Source of the DNA: Klebsormidium nitens | Lineage: Eukaryota > Plantae > Klebsormidiophyceae | Assembly (NCBI GenBank): GCA_000708835.1 | Contig: DF237432.1 | Coordinates: 6,108-70,107, forward strand | Direction: 5' to 3' | Length of the DNA: 64,000 bases | Shown: piece by piece, positions 26,101-39,100 of the stretch | Numbering within the stretch: position 1 is the stretch's first letter | How the letters are laid out: every line of letters starts with the position of its first letter | Notes under the pieces: model-generated | Databases searched by the model: none | Told to the model about the DNA's origin: nothing | Seen by the model: only the letters and a program-made list of their open reading frames with translations | Position numbers and translations under genes: made by a program

Positions 26101-27176
26101 ACCTCCGCTATCCTCACTGGCAGATAGCGGCCGTCCTCGCTCTGGGGGGCGACGGCGTAGTGCTGGGCACGCGGCTCCTGGCCACCCCCGAATGTGGATC
26201 ACGCGCTGAGGAGAAGGAGGCCGTCGCGGCCGCGGGTTCGGACGCGTCCGAAACGCCAGCGACGGTGCGGACACGGCTGTACGACGACCTGAGTTCGCTG
26301 CCATGGCCACAAGTATGTACGGCTCTTCTTTATCTCATTCGGGACTTAAGGTTGCACGTTTTGATTTGTTGGTTTTGGGGTGCAATTGTACGGTCTTCGC
26401 TTTGTCACGAGGAACCCCTCGGACTTCCAGTTCGGCTATCCAGATTTTGGTTCTGCATACCAGTCTGTGATTGTATAGCAGATAAAGTCAGGTTCTCTGC
26501 TGTTCCAGTTCGTTCCGAAAGCTGTTATGTGCCATTCACTTCCGAGTATCTTCCTTGTCAATCTTTTACATGAGAGGCGCTCCTCGCTTTCTTTTTCCGA
26601 AGCACAAAGAAGCCAAAGCTGGCTTAAAGGCGAAACAAGATGGCGGACGCTTACGTCAGCATGGGTCCTTCGACCCGTTTGCAATGAGTCGGGTTCCGTT
26701 CAGGAGGCATTTGCTGTCTAGCGAGTTCTCGCAGTCCGTGCCGTCAATATCCAACCAAATGAAACGAAGAAAAGAAACAGAAATACGCGCTGCACGGAAG
26801 CAAAAGACATTGGGACGAGCGGCAAAGAAAGCCACAGACATTCCGAGCCGAGAAACGAAAAGCACCACCGATCAAGCTCAAGAATCGTCCATCACTTCTT
26901 ACACAGGAAGTGAACGGCCGCCTCCTTCAAAACAAGTTCATCGCCGACTACGGGGCCCGATTGGCCGGCACTCCCCCGGCAGAAAGAGAGACAGTGAAAG
27001 CCGAGGCCATCGAAGTCCTCAAGCGGAGCGACTTCGACCGTGACGTCTCTGCGGTGTACTGCGGGGCGGGGGTCGGGCTGGTGCGCAAGATAGAACCGGC
27101 CGAGGTGCTGGTGACGTCACTTGTGACGGAAGCGAAGGCCCGGTTGCAGAGACTCGGTGCGGAGTTGGCAAAGTGA
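23111..27176 (+). CDS. Nitronate monooxygenase / 2-nitropropane dioxygenase-like FMN enzyme (6 exons, ~355 aa)
   Basis: Exons 23111-23201, 23848-24050, 24428-24592, 25332-25481, 26124-26312, 26907-27176. Motifs PVINAPMAG, ELAAAVARAGGLG, GADVIVAQSYESGGHG, PVVAAGGV, GGDGVVLGTR, VYCGAGVGLV. Confidence 0.93.
23217..23278. repeat. 35-bp-period direct repeat in NMO intron 1
   Basis: cccaccttgagagcacctacacattaa at 23217 and 23252. Confidence 0.9.
23744..23880 (+). repeat. Duplicated intron 1/exon 2 acceptor junction of NMO (80-bp period)
   Basis: acgtcatctgcttccaac..tcag|agccag...ggagcagaactag.ggcggc at 23744 (degenerate) and 23824 (functional). Confidence 0.9.
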
Positions 27177-27793
27177 CCGGTGGGCTCGGCAGCGGCGAGC
27201 CCTTGTGCGTCACGGTCGTGAACCTGTAACATAGAGCTATGTATGCAGAAATATGGCATTACGATGGGCGATCACAGTGAAGATGAGTTTTTCTTGACGA
27301 TAGGTCTACAGTCCAGGCGGATAATACGACTTTGACTTGCTTTAGGGTGTAGCATGGCCGGAGAATTTTGGATAGCGCACAGAACCGGCTTTAAGACAAT
27401 CACTATGCCTCACGAATGGCCTTCAAAATTATATCGGGGGCTCGAGCAGTTTTGATATGCTCGCAACATATCAGGTAGTTTTGATATGGCCTTGTAATGG
27501 CACAACATTGATCCTTGTTAAGTCGGAATTTGGCATCCCCATGACATGCTTGAAGCTTGTCACAGTCTAATTGAAGGGCTTTTCGGCCGTTTACAGGGCC
27601 GCCTGGGTTGGCTGGCAGTACTCTGATTGTATCCAGATTGTCAATCACATGCGGTGGTTATGCGAACGGGCATTTGCGAAGCTGCAAACTTTTCAAACTG
27701 AATTAATGCTGTGTGCCTAGGCGGCCGCCGGGCACAGCAGTGCACCTTGCATGCCGGCCAGCTTGACGGTTCATGGGGCGGCAGATCGTCCGA

Positions 27794-27835
27794 CATGGCT
27801 TCAATGGCTTCATGGCTTCAATGGCTTCATGGCTT
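27794..27835. repeat. Short tandem repeat (atggcttc[a]) x5
   Basis: catggcttcaatggcttcatggcttcaatggcttcatggctt read directly. Confidence 0.9.
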
Positions 27836-27983
27836 GTGGACACTGACTCCAACGCAAGATGGAGATCTGTAACACGCGCAGATGCCGTGCGCTATGAGGT
27901 CGCCGCCGTAACCTCTCGAGCGCTACACACACAAAAGCAAATCGAGACAATCCTATGCCTATCATGCAAGGTCCGGTAGCCAT

Positions 27984-28095
27984 CACCGGAGCTAGCTAAA
28001 CACGCACCGGAGCTAGCTACACACACACCGGAGCTAGCTAAACATGCACCGGAGCTGGCTACACTGCACCGGAGCTAGCTACACTGTACCGGAGG
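27984..28095. repeat. 20-21-bp minisatellite, 6 copies
   Basis: caccggagctagcta(a/c)ac.. starting at 27984, 28005, 28026, 28047, 28067, 28087 (last partial). Confidence 0.92.
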
Positions 28096-29092
28096 TAGGA
28101 ATTATGCTCCAAATTCGAGAGCGGCCACTCGCCACTCAAGGAACCCATTGCTCCGGCTACCATGTGAAAGAGGGTTGCTTTGAAGGGACTTGCATGCTAG
28201 GAAGGCGCCTCAAGGCGCTACTCTCTCAAGAAGGAAGACCTACAAAAGGTTGCATTAGCAACCTTGGTGTTCAAGGTGTTTCAAAAGTCGGACTAGCAAC
28301 TAGAGTGGGCAGAAATCCGACTCCGGGCACAAATAACTACTTAGTTACTGTAAACCGGCCGCTAACTAGCGACTAACCACAAACCACAAGATACAATACG
28401 GCCCTGCAGCCATACGGCATGACACAGAGCCCTAGTGACTGTTCCACGAGCTCAGGCTAAGGACACATCATGAGCCGGCGGCCTACTAGCAGGCTAGGTG
28501 CGCGGCGAAAAGCGTAGATGACTGTCGGCTCAGTGGGAGACTAAGAGCTTTGGTTGCCAGCTTGTAGATCCAACCTTCAATGAACGATGATTATATGTAT
28601 GATAATCTGAGTCTGGGCCAGGCTGCCCATGAGGCAACCGGCATCATTACAAACGTAAGTTCGACCATGAAGTGTACGGTATATATACGAATCATTGAAC
28701 AAATGGATCCAGTTGTATTAAGCTTCAAACGAAAACCTGATTACATTGATCCTTCTACACGCCGATTGGACCATTTTCAAAGCTGCGGGCCTGCATGCTA
28801 GCTTTACTTGATCGAAGCAGGTAACGGCTTGATATGAAATGTATACCTTTTGTTAACACTCAGTTAAGCTTTTTTCTAGCTGTTGACACAGGACTTTCCG
28901 CCTGGACCGGCACCGGTCCAGGCGTCTTTCACGCAAGATGCTATATTATCACAAGGACGGCTCTGCTGGTTTGAGCAATTTACGACAGAGTCGTCTTAAA
29001 CCAAGACATCAGAACTCAGTAAGATGCGCAATCCCTGTACCCATAGTTGAAGAGCATTGGTCGCAACCGTCCAAACACCCAAGGACCATTTT

Positions 29093-30717
29093 TCAATCTT
29101 GTATGTAGTCCTGCCCTGAGAGTAGTGCAAACTCTGCTTTCTGAAACTCCCGTCCTAGGTAGTTAGCATGGTCGAGCATAGTCAAAGGTCTTTTGTTTGA
29201 TTCCGGCTCTTCAATGATCTTGACACTCAACTCTTTTGCCGTCCGTCCGCTGCAGAGAGTTTGGAATTGAGATTCAATCAGAGTCACACTTGGTGCAAAC
29301 GTGTTTATGAACACGTCGTTTAGAGGCTTCCGACTTGGAAAACCATGACCTTGAATTATCCTTGCCATTCCTTTGCCCGTTTGCTTCATGAGAGATGCAC
29401 AGACGTCACTTAGCTGTATGCAAATGGAACACTTAGCTGTATGCAAATGGAAAACAAATCGAAGCCTGTTTCAAAAGTGACGTTGAAATCGTGACAAGCA
29501 TAGAACACGAGTGCCATGCCATAAATGAATCTGCCAGAAGTGATTTTTGTTCATACTTCTGTAAAACGATCTAGAGCAGCAAGCTGCAGCTTCGCATGTT
29601 TATTCTACAACCCCCTTTTCTGTGTACGTCAACTCAATATGTTCTAGAGACAAAGGAGGAGAGTGTGAAAGACACGTTCCTTGATCCAAGCTCACCGGTA
29701 TATCCGATGGGCTTGTGGTCGATAGCTTCCGTCGCAAGGTATGACTTCCCCCGTCTCAGGATCGCACGCTAGGCCCCGTTCATTTATTGTATTTCGAAAG
29801 TGAGTGGCGACAATCTCATTTGTGGTTCGGTCGACCCGGATCAGAAAGTAGCCCGCTGGGTCGAGGTCGATGTGTCGGTCCGAGAGGTGGTGGTCAATCT
29901 TCTGGATCATTTCTGCAGGGCGGGACATCAACTCAGTGAAATTGTCCCCACGCCAGAAGTGGGTGCTCATCGTTTGACTTACAATCTTCTGAGGGTCGTG
30001 AAATGCTCAACTATCTGATGAAAGCATCACCCATGTTACAGCTTACCAGACGTAAAAAGTATGACGGAAAAAGTATTACATCGTTTGGCATAGCTATTGT
30101 TTGGGAGACCCCGCATCGGGCTGGTTATTGACTGACGCCTCCACCAGAACAGCTGCCAGACTGCATATTGAAAGACGTACTTTCCTTCCCCCCAGCACTC
30201 TCAACTATCCGCAGCAAGCATTCAATCCAAACTTTCAGAAGGTTGTCAGCATTCTTTTGGCGAGCTTCTTTTCAAAAGGGGTAGATATGCAGAGGGCTCA
30301 GCGAAGAAGGGCCCAGAATTTACCTTCACGTTGACTTTCCAGAGGACCGCTTTCCTGCAAGCTGATCGTAGCTTTGAGCATCGGCCTTTTAAGCTGGTGG
30401 CGCCTTCCGTCACTTGAAACAGTGGCTTCTAATGGGCGAATAGCTCGTCCCTGCTTTATACATAACATCTGATTGCGAATGTTGCTAAACACTGGAAGAC
30501 AGAACAACGCCGCACTTTCTGTTGTTCTTCCATTAGGAGACTGGCCCCATCTTGCCCGCAGAGAAGTGCTCTTTCTAGAGAAGAGTGAAGTTGGCCTGGG
30601 TGGCAAAGAACTGATTCGATCCAGAACCCCAAAACCACCTCTTGTACAATGCGAATGACTTGTGAAACCAACAAACGGGCTTTGCGTTGACGGCAACGCT
30701 GCAGTAAGCACAACCAT
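29093..30717 (-). CDS. Plastid-targeted DUF4346 domain protein (cyanobacterial-type; 3 exons, ~255 aa)
   Basis: Exons 30324-30717 (Ser/Arg-rich transit-peptide-like), 29696-29912, 29093-29249. Motifs IDLDPAGYFLI, HFRNTINERGLACDPETGEVIP, GRTAKEL, LDHANYLGREFQKAEFAL..YIQD* match the cyanobacterial DUF4346 pattern. Confidence 0.88.
29407..29452. repeat. Perfect 23-bp tandem duplication in a DUF4346 intron
   Basis: cacttagctgtatgcaaatggaa x2. Confidence 0.9.
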
Positions 30718-31178
30718 ATTCCAACGTTTTCTAGCGCTTGGTAGTCTCAAGCTATCAACAAGTCAAAGGATGTGATCAGGATGTGCTCAGGCTCATAATA
30801 GTATAGGCTACCTGTGTAGTACCTTTGGGAGGCCTGACGTCATCATTCAAAGCCAAGCGAAAAGTGGATAGCACATCCAGGGCGCAAGCATGTGCGCGTT
30901 GCCCATCCGACGGTCAGCGCGGCTTCGCAAAGCTTATGACGTCAGGTGCAGTGGAATATCTTGCAGGACCCTACGTACATTGCATGGATTTGTCAGCCTT
31001 TTGCTAATATTGATATTCTGACTTCTCTCCTCCTGAACTTGAAGACGACGCCCACCTCCTTTCAAGTTTTAACCGTATCAACAGGGCGCTACGTAGGTAG
31101 GTATTCCATTGGCGAAGTGCGTCACAACCCTGTTGCACTGAGCACCCTAAATTACAGTTTTCTTCTTCTCTCGCCACC
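30718..31178. promoter_or_regulatory. Compact bidirectional promoter (DUF4346 / LIR1) with two TGACGTCA palindromes
   Basis: 461 bp between divergent ATGs; TGACGTCA at 30835-30842 and 30937-30944 (bZIP C-box-type core). Confidence 0.55.
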
Positions 31179-34100
31179 ATGCAGTCTGTGGCGACATGCA
31201 GCGCCCTGAGCGCACCGGTGACCTCGTTCGCCGCATGCATTGAAAGCAGAATGTGTTTCTCCGGCAATCCCACAGTCTTTGCATGCCCAAGCTTGAGTGC
31301 GGGCAGAAGACAGAGAAGCCGGGTTGTGGTGCCAATGGCGAAGAAGGAGGAGGCGCCGCGGTTGTACCAGGGATACAACCCGAAAAAGTCGTAAGTGCGC
31401 TGGTCTCTATTGCCATACTTTTCACAAGCAGACTCGTTGGCTGGTGAATGTGTCATAGAAAGGTGATTGGTAGAGTTGTTGCATGCATTCTAGCACATTT
31501 GCAACCAACAAACTGAAGTATGCACTTTTGTGACTGCTTCTTTTGGTTCTGAGAAATTGGAACTCAACAGAGAAAAACTTATTCGATACTTGTCGCCAAG
31601 GGCTTCGGGCCTCAAGAAAGGTGAACATTATCAGCCGCATGAATCGGTGGCGCCAATGTGCGCCTCAAGTTGATCACAAGCATTCGAATTGACACATCTT
31701 CCGCAGTGTCTTCAATGTTCTGGTTCCGTATCGTATGTGTTGGATAGCTCAGTCTTACAGCCAGCAATGTGGGTCTTGTAGTGTTACTTACATGCGGGTG
31801 CAAGGTCTTCGCAAAACCATTTGCACGCTGCCTTGTTTTTACCTTGACAATGTTCTTCCCTGGCAAAAGACGTTCCTGCAACCTATTGGAGTTTTCTTGT
31901 ATGGCTGTCCTACAACGGCCCGATTGTATGGCGCTTTGTTTTCAAGGCTATGTCAAGGCATGATTGGATGTTCACTTTTGTCTTCGAACAATAGCAGTCC
32001 TCTCAAAGCATCTATCAACAAATCAGAGCAGTGCCAGCTCTTCTCAACATTACACCATCGATCTACACTTGATAAATGCCAGCATTCCATATTTTGGCAT
32101 TGTACTTGCTGTCCTCCTGACGCAAAGAGGCCCCCTGCTTTTGTGGATTTTGCCACCTGATTCTCATCAAGGTGCAATCAAAAGGCACCATTCGATTGTC
32201 GCTCCTGTCTGACTGGTGCCCTATCGATGTGTGTCTGACCAGATGTCTGCAATTGACACTTTCCTGGAGCGCTACGTGATCAGGGTTCAGATCGCTTGTC
32301 TCTGTCTCTCTGATTAACGTTGCTGAGCTATAAAATGGATAGAAATGTACGTATTAAATAGTGTTTTGGCATCAACGTCTCCTCGCAGCAGTTTTAGTTG
32401 AACAGTGTACTGCAAGGTCACACCCTCCCTGAACTCTTCTGAACTTCAGCAGGTGTTCCCTCAGCGTACATAATGTCACAGGTTTCGCTTTGATCCGCAT
32501 CTCATTTCCAAAGCAGTCAACTTCTATGTGGTCTCAACGCGCAACTCAATTTGAGGCAAGGAGGTGCGAATTAACTGTGCTAATAGGTTCAAGAGTGGTC
32601 AGAAGATTGAAGGTTTACATGGTGCAGGGTCTTGGCAATGCTGGAGCTTGACTGAACTTTCACAAGCTTACTGTGGGACACTTTCTGATGCTGAAAGCAT
32701 TGAGAACATCAGTTGCAAAATACTGTTAAGAATGATCTGATTGGCATATCTACGTGAGCTTGATGTCATTACATTCAGACCACCCACCCCCAAATGCATA
32801 CTTCATCATACTTTCTGCTGAGTATAATGTGTGCGATGAAATCCAGACCCTTTCTTGATTCGTTTAAAGATTGCAGGGTCCCCTTGGCGGCAGGCAGTTT
32901 TGCTTTGCTGATGATCTTCATGCTTGATGAACTTCTTTGCCAGATAACGAACTTGGTACTTTCTGGAAAATGTACCGATTCCTCCTCCCATTTGACTAGA
33001 ATCCTCCTTGCAGCATGTTCTCATGCGGAGCTGTGGGACGAGCAGGGCAGCGAGGCGGCATTTGAAAATTGACCTTTGCCGATAACACTGAATCTGGCTT
33101 TTCTTTGCAGTATCTGCACAGAACGAGCTTATGCTATTATTCTCTCAACGACAAGTATTAAACAACTAGAATCCTCCTTGCAGCGTGTTCCCGGCGGAGG
33201 CTTGCGACGAGCAGGGCGGCGAGGCATGCGAGGCAGAGTTCGGAGAGGAGGTGAAGCCGCGGCCAACGGCGGCCAAGGAGCAGAAGAAGGATGGCAAGGG
33301 GTTGAACCTGTTTGGCGGCAAGAAGCAACCCGACCGCGAGTACCAAGAGTACAAGGGAGACAAGACGTAGGTATCGGAGTTTAGTGCCTCTATTCCTTTG
33401 ATTGAGGAAAACGGATGAGGCGTTTATGGGCCTGGAGCCTTGTCTTCCTTTTTTCCGGACCAGGGGTCCTAAGTACAAAGGGACTCAAAGCGACAGAGGA
33501 TCCGCGCAAGATCACAAGGTTTTTCGGATCTGATGCTTGTCGGTTGTACAGGCATTTTAAGCAAGTGGAACTTTAAGTAAACGTGTCCACATACAAGGCT
33601 TCAAACATGGGCGTACTTCGTGTGTAACTTTTACCACTTCGTTTATCTTCGCCAGCTTGGATCCCGATCGTATGGGGCTTAAAGTGGGCGTAGCGAGCGC
33701 GCTTGCAATGGCAATCGGACGGCTCAGATCACTGCAATACACGACGGCCAGTGCCGTCCTCAACGTTGATTTGGTCATAAAAGCGACGCCGGTGATGCTG
33801 TCCGTCAAAGCCCTCGGCCCACTTCAAGTTGCCGGTTTTGCGACTGAATAGGGTTGGTGTGGTTGAACGGCGTTCGTTGGAAGATTTTTGCGCGCTGCTT
33901 TCGCAATTGCGTTTATTGTAACCTTGTTAAGAGTCCCAAGTCGAGGAACACGCCGGCCCGGTTCCATTTGTCTACGCAGCAGCTAACAGTGCGCTGTTAT
34001 TGATTATTGCAATCACCACAAACGGGTTATTTGTTGAACGGAGACGGGTGTTGTACCATTCGGATGAGCCGTTCCTTTTCGACACCGGGCTACTCGGAAT

Positions 34101-34429
34101 GTCAAGTCTCTACATGCGTTCAGAAACAATTGAGGGTTCCTTCATAAGGGCGGGAGAAAAGCTCTGCCCATTCAGCATAGATTGGGTCACTATATCTCAA
34201 AACCTTCACCGTTGAAAGTTATTCCATCTCGGCATCTGCTCTGCGAACCGTTCAGTTTTTTCCAGGCCAGATCGCAGCACCCGAAGATAAGGTAGAAACG
34301 ACAGACGAGAAAGGAAATGGACGAGTCAATCTGTGCCCCGTGTGAAACGTCGGCTATGCTCCCTGCAGTGTCTTCCAAGATGAGGCGTGCGACGACTTGG
34401 GCGGCGAGTTTTGCGAAGCAGAGAAGTAA
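31179..34429 (+). CDS. LIR1: Light-regulated LIR1 family plastid protein (3 exons, ~151 aa)
   Basis: Exons 31179-31390, 33184-33366, 34369-34429. Transit peptide followed by the two LIR1 repeats VFPAEACDEQGGEACEAE and DREYQEYKGDKTVFQDEACDDLGGEFCEAEK*. Confidence 0.92.
32930..33240 (+). repeat. Degenerate duplicate of the LIR1 intron 1/exon 2 junction (170-bp period)
   Basis: actagaatcctccttgcag|catgttctcatgcggagctgtgggacgagcagggcagcgaggc (32995) vs functional actagaatcctccttgcag|cgtgttcccggcggaggcttgcgacgagcagggcggcgaggc (33165). Confidence 0.9.
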
Positions 34430-36195
34430 ATGCGGAAAGTTCTGCCAACTAGAGTAAGGACCCGTCCCTTTTTGGGTTCCGTTTGTCTGTGATGCGTCCT
34501 CGATATTCTCCCATCCCTTCAAGCAGAGTCCTCACTTTCACCCTTTCGTTTTCGGTTCTTGTCGTTATGTCCTCACCGCAACCCTCACACCAAGCATGAC
34601 TTCCTGAGCAAGCACAAAGTGTCCAGCCTTACCGCACCTTCATTGTGAGATAGTGGAAGTTCACATGCACTGTGGACACGGGATCTGCTTTCCTGCTTTC
34701 TCAATCTCGGTGGGCCTCTGAAACATCTGAATCTGTCTTTCCTTCTGAAAGATCGAAAGAACAGAATCATTCCCTGACATCAATGACGTTACCTCTGACG
34801 ACTGACGACTACCCTCTTTGCTGGTTTTTGCAGGTACAAAAATGCGACATAAGCATGCCGGCTGAGTTGGTCGCATGACATGCTCCCGTCTTGCTATCCG
34901 CTGATGGTCTTTGTGTTGAGATTTGTGTTTGGCTCGAGTACCCTAACAGTACTGTGTCGAGGCGAACAGACCGATTTTGCCTTTTCCACGCTCCTCATCG
35001 AAAATAATTGAACATGTGTCCCTAAATATTTGAATTGACGAAGCTTCTAGAGCTTTTTCACAAAAGGCTGGAATAGCGGCTTGCTACAGCATCCCCATGC
35101 GCAGATTGCGTATTCCCGACTTGCATATCAGAGGCAATTCCCCCCACCATGAGCCTGCATACCGGGCACTTCGAGCAAGATGGTGTACGAAGGGTTTGAA
35201 TATGATGGCCGTTTTGAGTAAGAAACCAAGATTTTATTCTTAACGGTACTAGTATTTCCTACGCGTTTATGTAAAGCCGCATGTCAAGCTGCGAATTGCC
35301 GCTGACACAGAGATGATTGCTGGATCAACGTACATGCACTTATTTGCCCGGTAACATTTTTGGTTACGTAAACAGTGGCCGTGAGAACGGAACCTTAGCA
35401 TGTACATATGTATAGCACAGCATGCATGATGCAAAAGTTTCACAAATTTCATCGTTGACTTATTGCATGTGCCACATCACAAGTACCTGTGCACTAGGCC
35501 TACTTGCAGCTAGGCGCGCATTCAACGAAGGGATATAGGATCGCTATGTTTAAGGAATTATCATTACAAGACGGTTTGAGCCAGGTAAGTTAACATGCAG
35601 ATTAATTTGGGTATATGATAATGAAAGTGATTTTGTCAAGGTTGCGCGTAGGCGGTACCATGACAAGGCGTAACTGCCGTCATGTAAAGGCCAGATATGG
35701 TAGTAAAGATTGCTCGTTGCATGATAAGCTAGGCTCCATCCATTCAAAATTCAAGGCGGATAAAAGAAATGGTATCAAACAAATGCACCGGGACAGCAGG
35801 ACGCCTCGTCGCAACGATCTGTCAACGGATTCTGATGGCTAGACAAAAGCATGCCACATGTGATCAAAAGCTTCACAGTCTGCACAACATCCAATCAAAA
35901 CGGCCTAACAGACTTAATGTACATTGCCATTACAACTTCACCCCTCCCCAACTCTCCTAGCGCAGTATGTTTGTACGGATCCTTAACCTCATAAAGGATC
36001 CAACCACCAGGCTTATCTATATAAAACAAGGAATCCACAGTCCGACTAGACTGAGACTCGACCTGCCCACCCGCGATTAAAACAGCTCTCGAAGAGCTGT
36101 GCAACTCAAAGAGCTGTTCACCATTCAGTTCCCCGTCCTAGATTCCTTACCCTGAAAGAAGTGTACCATTCTTGCACCGATGTTTCTTGTGCCAA

Positions 36196-39100
36196 TCAGA
36201 CAATTGCCGCGGGCTCCGCAAGAAGCGTCATATGGGGGAAGTACGTGAGCATCGTCTCTTCGGGCAGCGTCTCGCCGGAAGTAGGCTTCCAGCTCAACTT
36301 CAATTGCTGCAAACCAAGGAAGGGCAGGACATTGATAAAACGTCCTGCGCAATGGAACAGCCTCACAGGTGCGGATAGATCACCATTAAGGGTCTCTACA
36401 ACCTAAACTGATGAAAAGTGGAAGATACCGGAAGCGGGGGAACAGGACCAGTCCCGAACCTAAAGAGAGAAGAGCTTGGCAGTAGAAGTTTCGCAAACTG
36501 GTCGTGAAGGGCACATTTTCTCGTCACGCTCGTGGGGAGCAACAAAGCCTGTTCGCAATTGTTCAGGTCGCCAGATTCTCCTACATTTGACACCGTTACA
36601 GCCCGTCAGCATCCGAACGCCACGTGGGACGCCCTAACGGTCCAACACCCAGATCCTTATAAACTCTAACCCTGTATCGAACATGATTCACACTTTGCTT
36701 AACGAGTGCAACAACACCTCCGCACAAGGAAAGTACGTTCACGAGGCGTCAGCCAGAATGTCCCTGATTTGTGTGCTGTGCTTACCTTTACATTCGCGGG
36801 GTCGAGGACCTCCAGGGTCGCAAGAAGGTCGTGCAAGTTCAGCGAGTTGTTCACCTGCGGCAAAGACAGTCGTCCCCGCACTGCACCGGAGAGCGTCACC
36901 TGCACGCAAACACAGTGGTTTTTGGCCTTAGATTCGAAACAAGGTTGAAGCCCGATTAATTGTCCAATGATCCAAATAAACTGAGACTCAAGTCTGGTCA
37001 TAGCCTGGTTAGCAACAAAACCCTCTGTGAGAGTCCGCTGGTTGAACAGCTTCAACTGGCGACCTGTGAGATCCTTTGTTTCAGAAACTTCTGAGAGTAT
37101 ACTTTCTCATCAAAGTTGAAAACGAAAGCCTCGTGCACCCCACTTCGGACAAATGCGAACGGGTAGACCCGAGACCTGATTCCCCGACTCTATATTACTA
37201 GGGCCATATGGTATGCGCGCGCTCGTGTCAAATCAGGCGCACCAGTCTAAACGTCGGGAGAGCAAGGAGAGCCGGCCCTGGAACGAGACGCTTGCAAGTA
37301 CGACCGACTCTCCGGAAAAGCAGAAGGAAGTCCGCCCTTTGAAAAACTCCGGAAACTGAACGTCTCAGTGAACCCGGAAGCGCTGCTTTGGCGCAATAAT
37401 GAGGCTACCAAATGACAGAATTGCAAAAAGTCTTTTTCGAGAAAGCCTTGCATCAACAGTTGACCAATTTTCTGGCACCTTACCACGGTGTAGCCTGCCT
37501 TGTAGCTGTCAATCAACATCCTCTTCTGCTCCTCAACTTTGCGCCCGTAGTCCTTGCCGACGTTCTGCAGCATCTCTTTCGTGGGCGCCAGCCGAATGTG
37601 CGATGCATCCGCCTGCAAGCCGGAGAGACCGTGTGATTGTGCCGCCTCTGGTTACCGCTCTACTCGGCCGGCTCGTTGCATTCATCGACGCTAGGTTTCA
37701 CGAAACTTTGTTCTTTGCAACAAGAGTAAAATGACAGGACAAGTAGTCTTCATACTGACCAAGAACGCCGCTGATTTGTGCCTACGTTTACATCAGTACT
37801 CTGCCAGACCCTTCTTGTGCTGCCATTGCAATGCTCCTGGACATAACCAGACCTCTTCTATAAGGACACAAAAGTGAATATCTGGAAGAGAACATGCGAC
37901 TGACATGCCAGCGCGTGATAAATGCACCTCAACCGTGCACCTAGATGCGTTGCCACTCTTGCAATTCACGTTCAACGCACTGAGATAGAGCTCGTTGCAT
38001 AAATTGAAAAGGGAGAGATACGAGGATGGAAACGAAGACGGAAACGGGGGTAAAAAAGGAGACGCTTTGGCCCTCACATGCTCCCAGTTGTTGATGAAAG
38101 TCTGGTACGCAAACGGATGCTTGGAGGGCATGACTTGGTTGCCCGCATACACAATGTGCTCCAAGTGCCTCATCAGGACACGCGCGATCGCTGCACACGA
38201 ACGCAAAGCGACTGTCAGTCTCTCCCGGCATACGAGTTGGCTGTCCTCGTCTCCCTTCACTTCACCGTCCTGATTGTGGAGCCACCATGCTCTCGCTCTT
38301 GACTCCTAAGTGAAATTGCACAACTCTTTGCTCTCTTCCCTCCCGACTGCTTGCCTCCTTCCTCTTGCTCAGATGCAACCCTGTTTTATAATCCCAGTCC
38401 TGCTTTTCCCCTTCGCAAGAAAGCACAGGGGTCATCAGTCAAAAAGGAGGAGCACTGTTGCTGTGACGTTATCCTTATGGACACACCAACAGATCAGAGA
38501 ATGCCAAGCACACGACCAAAACCCTGAGAGACCGGAAGATTCGCTCTGCTGAGAGTGACTGTCTCAACTCTCGCTAAGGAGCCAAAACACACCTGACTGC
38601 AAATGCCCAAAGGACCGTAAAACTTTGACTGCCAATGCTCAGATGACTATAATGGGCTTTGCAGAAAGGGCCCTCTCATGCCGTTTTTGACCAGTCCAAC
38701 ATTTTGCCCGCCTAACCAAAATCTTGACCCCTTGTGAATCTTGAAGGAATCTCTCTAAAGGCTTTTGCAAAAAGCAATTTCTTTAAGCTTCCTTTGCCGC
38801 TAACACACAGGAGACACGAAAGCTCGTGTGTAAGTGCCTTTCAAACACTGATTCCGTTCAGAATTGAGGATGCTGTCGCATTCCGCCTTTTCCGCAACCA
38901 AGAAGGACGCCATGGCCAAACCCTGTGATTTGTGGGCGAGATTTCTCGTTCGGTGCAAAATGTTGAACCGGATATGATTGGCATGAGACTCACTCTTGAG
39001 AGTTTCAGGCCGCTGCACGTGGCCCCAATCGTCCAGCTGACTGCCAACTTCGTCCAAGTCGTAGCGGAGGGAGCAAGCGAAGCCCGAGATGCCAAGCTGC

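Noticed and set aside
27984-28095. Possible CRISPR array
   Set aside because: Contiguous tandem units with no unique spacers.
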